A model generated the notes under the pieces. It made no database searches. It saw only the letters and a list, made by a program, of their open reading frames with translations, and was not told where the DNA came from. This document shows, piece after piece, positions 57,811 through 64,000 of a stretch of DNA of 64,000 nucleotides. Position numbers and translations under genes: made by a program. Position 1 is the first letter of the stretch. Each line of letters begins with the position of its first letter. The stretch covers positions 832,001-896,000 of the forward strand of contig OZ243913.1 of NCBI GenBank assembly GCA_965213705.1, given 5' to 3'. This DNA comes from Trueperaceae bacterium (GTDB lineage: Bacteria; Deinococcota; Deinococci; Deinococcales; Trueperaceae).

Positions 57811-59946
57811 ATGAACCTCGTCACCCTCGCCACCTGCAACTTAAACCAGTGGGCGCTCGACTTCGGCGGCAACTTGGAGCGCATCGCCGCGTCCATCCGC
57901 GTCGCTAAAGAGCGCGGCGCGCGCTACCGGCTCGGGCCGGAGTTGGAGATTCCGGGTTACGGCTGCCAGGACGCTTTTTTAGAGGGCGACACGATTCGCC
58001 ACTCGTGGGAGTGCTTGGCGGAAATCTTGGACAGCGACCTCACCGACGACCTCCTCTGCGATGTCGGGATGCCCGTGCTGCACCGCGACGTGCGCTACAA
58101 CTGCCGGGTGTTTTTGCTGAACCGGAAAATCCTCCTCATCCGTCCGAAGATGGCGCTGGCCCAGGACGGCAACTACCGCGAGGCGCGCTACTTCGCCGCC
58201 TGGGCACATACACGCCACACCGAGGAGCACGTGCTGCCGCGCATGATTCGTGAGATTACGGGACAGGCTACTGTGCCGCTAGGCGACGCGGCCGTCGCCA
58301 CGCTCGACACGGTCGTCGCTGCCGAGACCTGTGAAGAACTGTTCACGCCGGACAGTCCGCACATCCATCTCGGACTCGACGGGGTCGAGATTATCAGCAA
58401 CGGCTCGGGCTCGCACCACGAACTGCGCAAGCTGCAAAAACGGGTCGACCTCATCCTGAGTGCGTCGGCGAAGGGGGGCGGCGTGTACCTTTACGCCAAC
58501 CAGCAAGGCTGCGACGGCGGGCGGCTGTACTTCGACGGCTGCGCCCTCATCGCGGTGAACGGGCGGGTGGTGGCACAGGGCTCACAGTTCTCGCCTCGAG
58601 ACGTCGAGGTCGTCACCGCGACCGTCGATTTGGAAGAGGTGCGTTCGTTCCGCGCGGGCTTTATCAGCCGCATGGTGCAGGGCAGCGAAGCGCCGCCGGT
58701 GCCGCGGGTCTACACGGACTTCGAACTGACCGAACGGGGTTTCTCGCGCGGCCCGAGCCCGGTAGTCGCGCTGAAGTTCCACACGCCGGAAGAAGAAATC
58801 GCCCTCGGCCCGGCCTGCTGGCTGTGGGACTACCTGCGGCGTTCTAGCCTGGGCGGTTTTTTCCTACCGCTTTCGGGCGGCTCGGACTCGGCGGCGGTGG
58901 CGGCGCTGGTGGGTTCGATGTGCCAGCTCGTGGTGCGTGAGGCGCGGGCGGGCAACGAAACCGTCAGCGCGGACGCGCGCCGCATTACCGGGCAGGGCGA
59001 CGACTGGACGCCGGACGACCCCCAGGCCCTCGCTCACGCCCTGCTCCACACCTGTTACATGGGGACGGAAAACTCGTCTAAAGCTACGCGCGCTCGAGCC
59101 AAGCGCCTCGCCGCAGAAATAGGTGCTTACCACCTCGATGTGGACATCGACCAGATTATCTCAGCCTGGCGCACTACCTTCGAAACTCTAACCGATAAGC
59201 GCCCGCGCTTCAAAACGGCGGGCGGCACGAACGCCGAAAACCTCGCACTGCAAAACATTCAGGCGCGCAGCCGCATGGTGCTGGCCTATTTTCTGGCGCA
59301 ACTGTTGCCCTGGGTGCGCGGCCGAGAGGGTGGCCTGCTCGTCCTCGGCACCTCGAACGTGGACGAGGCGTTGCGCGGCTACATGACGAAGTACGACGCG
59401 AGTTCGGCCGACATCAACCCCATCGGCTCGGTGTCAAAAACGGACTTGCGGAGGTTTTTGCGCTGGGGCGTTGAAAACCTCGGCTATGAAAGTTTGTTGG
59501 AAATCGTTGAAGCCGTCCCGACCGCGGAACTCGAGCCCACCACCGAAACCTATACTCAGTCCGACGAGGCCGATATGGGCATGACTTATGAAGAGTTGTC
59601 CGTCTTCGGGCGGTTGCGCAAAGTGGACAAGTGCGGCCCGGTGGCGATGTTCGAACACCTGGTGTTCGCCTGGGACTACTTGAGCCCGGCGGAGGTGGCC
59701 GAAAAGGTGAAGCGGTTTTTCTTCTACTACGCCATCAACCGCCACAAGGCGACCGTCTTGACGCCCGCCTACCACGCCGAAAGCTACTCGCCCGACGACC
59801 ACCGTTACGACCTCCGGCAGTTTCTCTACAACGCCCGCTGGACCTGGCAGTTTCGGAAAATCGACCGATTGGTGGAGGAGATTGAAGGCTCGAGGCCGAA
59901 CGACAAAGCGTCCTCGGCTCCGGGTTTGCAAAGGGAAGACGAGTGA
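57811..59946 (+). CDS. nadE: Glutamine-dependent NAD+ synthetase, eukaryote-like type
   Basis: Nitrilase domain (GPELE, RPK, ETCEE) plus synthetase domain ([33 protein letters not shown]). Confidence 0.95.
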   Translation: MNLVTLATCNLNQWALDFGGNLERIAASIRVAKERGARYRLGPELEIPGYGCQDAFLEGDTIRHSWECLAEILDSDLTDDLLCDVGMPVLHRDVRYNCRVFLLNRKILLIRPKMALAQDGNYREARYFAAWAHTRHTEEHVLPRMIREITGQATVPLGDAAVATLDTVVAAETCEELFTPDSPHIHLGLDGVEIISNGSGSHHELRKLQKRVDLILSASAKGGGVYLYANQQGCDGGRLYFDGCALIAVNGRVVAQGSQFSPRDVEVVTATVDLEEVRSFRAGFISRMVQGSEAPPVPRVYTDFELTERGFSRGPSPVVALKFHTPEEEIALGPACWLWDYLRRSSLGGFFLPLSGGSDSAAVAALVGSMCQLVVREARAGNETVSADARRITGQGDDWTPDDPQALAHALLHTCYMGTENSSKATRARAKRLAAEIGAYHLDVDIDQIISAWRTTFETLTDKRPRFKTAGGTNAENLALQNIQARSRMVLAYFLAQLLPWVRGREGGLLVLGTSNVDEALRGYMTKYDASSADINPIGSVSKTDLRRFLRWGVENLGYESLLEIVEAVPTAELEPTTETYTQSDEADMGMTYEELSVFGRLRKVDKCGPVAMFEHLVFAWDYLSPAEVAEKVKRFFFYYAINRHKATVLTPAYHAESYSPDDHRYDLRQFLYNARWTWQFRKIDRLVEEIEGSRPNDKASSAPGLQREDE

Positions 59947-60046
59947 GTCCAGCTCTTTTTTACCAAGCCCTCGAGCACGACCTTTTTCTCTTCTTTTCCC
60001 CTTCCCAAAGGAGTGCGCTCGAGCGCAGCGCCGAGCGAGGGGTTTC

Positions 60047-60619
60047 ATGAGGCTCGGCCTTTACGGCGGCCGCTTCGACCCGCCGCACTTAGGTCACCTC
60101 CTCGTCGCGGAAGGGGCGCGGGCGACCCTCGAGTTAGACCGCGTCTTCTTCATCCCCAGCAAAACCCCGCCGCACAAAGGAACCGAGGCGAGTGCGCAAG
60201 CGCGTTATGAGATGACCCTGCTCGCCACCGCCGAGAACCCCCACTTTTTTGTACTGGACTTGGAACTGAAACGCGAAGGCACCTCTTACAGCGTCGACAC
60301 CGTCGAAACGCTGCTCGAAGCGTACCCGGACGCCGAAATTTTCTACCTGACCGGCGTCGACGCTTACCAGGACATCGCTACCTGGCAGCGCGCTCGAGAC
60401 CTCGTTACAAAAGTGCAGATGGTCGCCTACCCGCGGCCCGGTTACAGCCTGGACGGGCTCGAGCCCCACTTTTCAGACCGCGTTAAGCTTTTGGAGTTGC
60501 CGCTGTTCGAGGTCTCGAGCACAGCCATAAGACAGCGTTTGCGAACGGGGGAGAGCGTGCGCTACTTGCTGCCGGACGCCGTCATGGCTTATGTTGAAAA
60601 ACATACCCTTTACCGCTGA
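60047..60619 (+). CDS. nadD: Nicotinate-nucleotide adenylyltransferase
   Basis: YGGRFDPPHLGH, PPHK, SYSVDT, VSSTAIR, YVEKHTLY. Confidence 0.95.
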   Translation: MRLGLYGGRFDPPHLGHLLVAEGARATLELDRVFFIPSKTPPHKGTEASAQARYEMTLLATAENPHFFVLDLELKREGTSYSVDTVETLLEAYPDAEIFYLTGVDAYQDIATWQRARDLVTKVQMVAYPRPGYSLDGLEPHFSDRVKLLELPLFEVSSTAIRQRLRTGESVRYLLPDAVMAYVEKHTLYR

Positions 60620-60730
60620 TGTCGCAAGGTCAGCGGTCGCACAGTAGGCAGCCTCACAGTTGGCGGTTTTACAGCCGGTACCCTTTCCGGACAGCCGACA
60701 AGGTCGGGGGACCGAGTTCAACCTGCCCGT

Positions 60731-61969
60731 TCACCGTACCCCCGCGGTCGTACAAACTTGTCGAGTCTCAGACAGCGCGGTGAGTGGTAACCGCATAGAC
60801 ATCCGCTGCCCACCGCGCAGCACGACCACGTCGCACAGGCGACCGGCGGCACCGACCACGGCGTCGGTCTTTTTCGCTTGGTCGACACCTGTCGGCGTGT
60901 CCACGGCCGCGTCTCGGACCGCCACGATAACGTCGCCTCCCAACAGCCAGCGCGCGCCGCCGTAGTCCACGGGGCGCGACCCCCCCAAAAGGCCGGCCTG
61001 AGCGGCCGCACCGCCCGGCACGACGTTGAGCACCAGCCAGCCCTCGTCGGGCATACCGTACAGAACCTGCACACTTCTGGGTAAGTCGCGCACGTCGACC
61101 CCCGTCATGGCGGTGCTCATGGTGGCGCTCGGACGCTGCAGGGGCTCGGGCGACGACCCGGGTACCGGAGTTGGTACCAGGGCCAACCCCGCCAAACGCT
61201 CGAGCAGCGGCTGAATCGGCACAGCCAAGCTGACCCCGGCAAAGCTGTCGCCGCTGGGATTGTAAATCGCTGTGGCGACGCCCACAACCTCCCCCTGAGC
61301 CGTGAGCAGCGGCCCGCCCGAGCTGCCCTGGTTGAGGGCGGCGTCGGTCTGAATCATGGGCGGAAACTCACCCGGGAACTGTCGGTTCAACGCCGAAACG
61401 GTCCCGGTGGTTACCGAACCGCTCAGGCCGAAAGGGTGGCCGATAAGGATGACCTTCTGGCCGAGTTGCAAACCGTCTGTTTTGGTCAAGGGGATAGGCG
61501 GAACGTCGGGTACCGCGTCGGGCTCTACGGGTTCCAACAGCGCCATGTCCCACTCGGGCAGCGCGTACCTTTCCCGCACGCTCAAGGTGGTGCGGGGCTG
61601 CGACCCTGCAAAAGTGACCTTGAGTTCGACAGCCTCCTCCAAACCGGGTTGGGCCGCGTTTTTGGAATGCACGACGTGGTAGCTCGTCACGATGTAAGGC
61701 CGACCGGACAGGTGCACCAGAAAGCCGCTTCCGCCGCGCACGGCGGCAGGTCCGGGTGTGTTTGCGAGCGACACGTTCGCTGTCACGCGCGCGGCCGGAA
61801 AAACGCTGACGCCGACGACGCTCGCCTGGTAGCGCCCCGCCACCTCGACCGTGTTGGCTTCGTACTCGAGCAGCGCCCGCGTCTCGTCGTAGGGAGCAGA
61901 CGGTTGAGCCGCAGCCCAGCCCAAAAGGCTGAATAGGGTGAGGTTAAGAAAAAGTAGGTGACGTCGCAT
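60731..61969 (-). CDS. HtrA/DegP-like S1C serine protease with PDZ domain
   Basis: Signal peptide; GSGF, SYHVV, DMALL, QTDAALNQGSSGGPL, GGAAAQAGL..GGDVI. Confidence 0.88.
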   Translation of the reverse strand: MRRHLLFLNLTLFSLLGWAAAQPSAPYDETRALLEYEANTVEVAGRYQASVVGVSVFPAARVTANVSLANTPGPAAVRGGSGFLVHLSGRPYIVTSYHVVHSKNAAQPGLEEAVELKVTFAGSQPRTTLSVRERYALPEWDMALLEPVEPDAVPDVPPIPLTKTDGLQLGQKVILIGHPFGLSGSVTTGTVSALNRQFPGEFPPMIQTDAALNQGSSGGPLLTAQGEVVGVATAIYNPSGDSFAGVSLAVPIQPLLERLAGLALVPTPVPGSSPEPLQRPSATMSTAMTGVDVRDLPRSVQVLYGMPDEGWLVLNVVPGGAAAQAGLLGGSRPVDYGGARWLLGGDVIVAVRDAAVDTPTGVDQAKKTDAVVGAAGRLCDVVVLRGGQRMSMRLPLTALSETRQVCTTAGVR

Positions 61970-62173
61970 AAGAGGCAAGTGTGAAGAACTTAACACCCGC
62001 AGTTTAACGCTTCAAGTGGACGAGGTCGGTGACCGTTGCAAGCTGTGTACTACAACCTTGCAGGAAACGAGTACGAACCCCCTTGCCTTGGGAGCGCGCG
62101 GGCAAGAGGTTCGCCTCGACAGACCTCAGGGTTTAATACCCTTTCCGGTTCATGACCTCGGTTAACCCGAGCC

Positions 62174-62253
62174 GACAGTCCTGAACCAGCGGAACTATCG
62201 GTGACGGTTTAACGCTCAGCCGTTAAAATCACAACCTATGGTTCAGGACTGTC
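62174..62253. repeat. 80-bp element with 15-bp perfect terminal inverted repeats
   Basis: GACAGTCCTGAACCA...TGGTTCAGGACTGTC with inner TTTAACG/CGTTAAA stem. Confidence 0.75.
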
Positions 62254-62415
62254 CAGCGAGAAGAAACTGTCGCGGATTCCGGTGAGCCGAAAAACCTCTT
62301 TACGTCTAACAGGTGTACTACCGGAATCCGTATAAACTGCGCACTTCAGGCGCGAGGCGGGGTCTTGGTCTGCGCGAGGTTTTGTGGCTGGGAAGTGCTC
62401 GAAGGCGTTTGCGTT

Positions 62416-62673
62416 TCAGCTGCGAGCGCGGCGCAAGGGCCGGCTTTTTTTCGGCGGTGCCACCGCGATACGCTGCCGCAGTTGGGGTTTGTCGAGGATG
62501 GCCTTGGCTAGCTTTTCGTTACCTTGAGCTTTGGCCTCGGCAATTTGAGACTCGAGCGCGAACAGCTCATAGGCTAACGCCGTTTCCAACCCTTTGCGAC
62601 GGGCACCCGCAGAGACGTCCTCGAGAAATTGGTCCAGTTTCACGCACAGGTAAAAGGGCAACTCGGATGACAT
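62416..62673 (-). CDS. Small hypothetical protein
   Basis: 85-aa helical-looking ORF; no family recognised. Confidence 0.35.
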   Translation of the reverse strand: MSSELPFYLCVKLDQFLEDVSAGARRKGLETALAYELFALESQIAEAKAQGNEKLAKAILDKPQLRQRIAVAPPKKSRPLRRARS

Positions 62674-63194
62674 GCCCCAATGTAGCCCCAGTCCGCTGCC
62701 CGGTTGTCGGCAGTCGTCACAGGCCGGGCAAGCGGTAGGGGCGGCCGGACCACCCTGGCACAGCCGTCATGCACGCCGTCGGAGCGTGTCGCCTTTTTGC
62801 TGGGCAGAGGTACACCCGCCACCGGTTTGGCAGCGCGAGGCCGGAACACGCACACCGTCGAGGTGAAGGTTATGTAGGCACGTGTGGAACGGCTCGCGCT
62901 GGTGGAGACGTGTGACGCTCAGAAAGGTCCTTCGGAGGTAGAACGCTCGGCTCTCAGCTCGAACGGCCGCAGGCTCGAGCCCTGCCTCCAAAGATTTTTG
63001 CCACCTTTTTAGCGCCGCCGTCACCGACTTGCGCTAGTATGCGTTAGGGAGGACCCAGTGCAACAACCGTGTTTTCTCAGTTCTCGCAATCCGACTCTCC
63101 CCGTCGTTTCCTGCGCTTGTATGATGGCGCGCGGTCACGTCAGCCTCCGTTGCGCCGTAGAAGAGGGTGGGTTCGGCCGCGGTCTCGAGCCGGC

Positions 63195-64000
63195 ATGACG
63201 ACAGTCCGCAAAGACACCAAATACGCAACGCGCAAGGACAACCTGGCGCTGTGGGGCGGCGTCCTCTTCAGCTTGCTGTTCACCCTGCTCGTTTGGGGCC
63301 TGGGCGGACGCTTGGAAAGCGTGCGTCTTTTGCCCGACCAGGGGGCGGCTTGGTACTACTGGAAGCTCCCCAACCCCACCTTCTGGAGCCGCGCGAGCGC
63401 CTGGGGCTTGTATCTCGCCCATCAGCTCGCCATTTGGGGCACTATCTTTTACGCGCAGACGCGGGTGCGGCGCTACGCTAAAGGGCTTCACCGCGTCAAC
63501 TTCGTCGCGCTCTCACTCAACGCGCTTTTCGTCGCGTTGCACCTCGTACAGACGCACCTGTGGTACGACGGGCTGGCCCAGGACACCAGCGTTTTTTCGT
63601 CCCAGGGCTCGGTCATCGTGCTCTTGGTCTGGGTCTTGCTGATGGAAAACCGGCGGCGCGGCCTGCTGTTCGGCTGGAAGGCCCCCTTGGGTGCGCAGAT
63701 CATGGACTTCGCGCGGCGGTATCACGGTTACTTTTTCGCCTGGGCAATCATCTACACGTTCTGGTTTCACCCGATGGTGGCGACGAGCGGCCACCTCGTC
63801 GGCTTGTTCTACACGCTGCTGCTCATGCTTCAGGGCAGCCTGATGTTTACGCCCGCGCACACCAACCGCTACTGGACGTTCTTTTTGGAGGTCATCGTCT
63901 TGGTTCACGGCACCCTGGTCGCCGTGATGCAGGCTAACGGCCTCTGGCCGATGTTCTTTTTCGGCTTCGCGGGCATTTTCGTCATCACGCAGATGCACGG
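63195..64000 (+). CDS. Multi-TM membrane protein of unknown function, partial
   Basis: Not in ORF track (runs off window): MTTVRKD...LPDQGAAWYYWKL...HLVQTHLWYDGLAQD...ENRRRGL...YHGY. Confidence 0.8.
   Translation, partial: MTTVRKDTKYATRKDNLALWGGVLFSLLFTLLVWGLGGRLESVRLLPDQGAAWYYWKLPNPTFWSRASAWGLYLAHQLAIWGTIFYAQTRVRRYAKGLHRVNFVALSLNALFVALHLVQTHLWYDGLAQDTSVFSSQGSVIVLLVWVLLMENRRRGLLFGWKAPLGAQIMDFARRYHGYFFAWAIIYTFWFHPMVATSGHLVGLFYTLLLMLQGSLMFTPAHTNRYWTFFLEVIVLVHGTLVAVMQANGLWPMFFFGFAGIFVITQMH

Overview
High-GC bacterial chromosomal window, most likely Deinococcota (Trueperaceae-like). This is inferred from leaderless TANNNT promoters directly before start codons, the gene types and strong CTCGAG over-representation. 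1-17 kb: a GntR-associated catabolic locus for an unknown substrate (two class III CoA-transferases, HMG-CoA-lyase-family enzyme, LeuCD-type hydratase, FAD oxidoreductase, cyclic amidohydrolase, Liv-type ABC importer, DUF3891, three GxW beta-barrel-like proteins). 17-23.7 kb: accessory mosaic with several gene fragments, ending at tRNA-Asn. 24-43 kb: mostly housekeeping (speA, argS, cca-type, trmL, M42, ypdA, nth, UMP kinase, pilC, ROK). 43-51 kb: a lipoprotein subtilase carrying a tandem VRAWAGG peptide array, upstream of a TPR-HD-GYP protein and divergent from a heterodimeric ABC exporter. This is the best candidate for an undescribed peptide-to-c-di-GMP signalling system. 51-64 kb: DTK-motif rhodopsin, Uma2, metG with a leader-peptide/terminator attenuator, an NAD cluster with a eukaryote-like Gln-dependent NAD synthetase plus nadD, and an HtrA protease. 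Several short intergenic repeat families are present. All family calls come from motif recognition by eye; no database searches were run.
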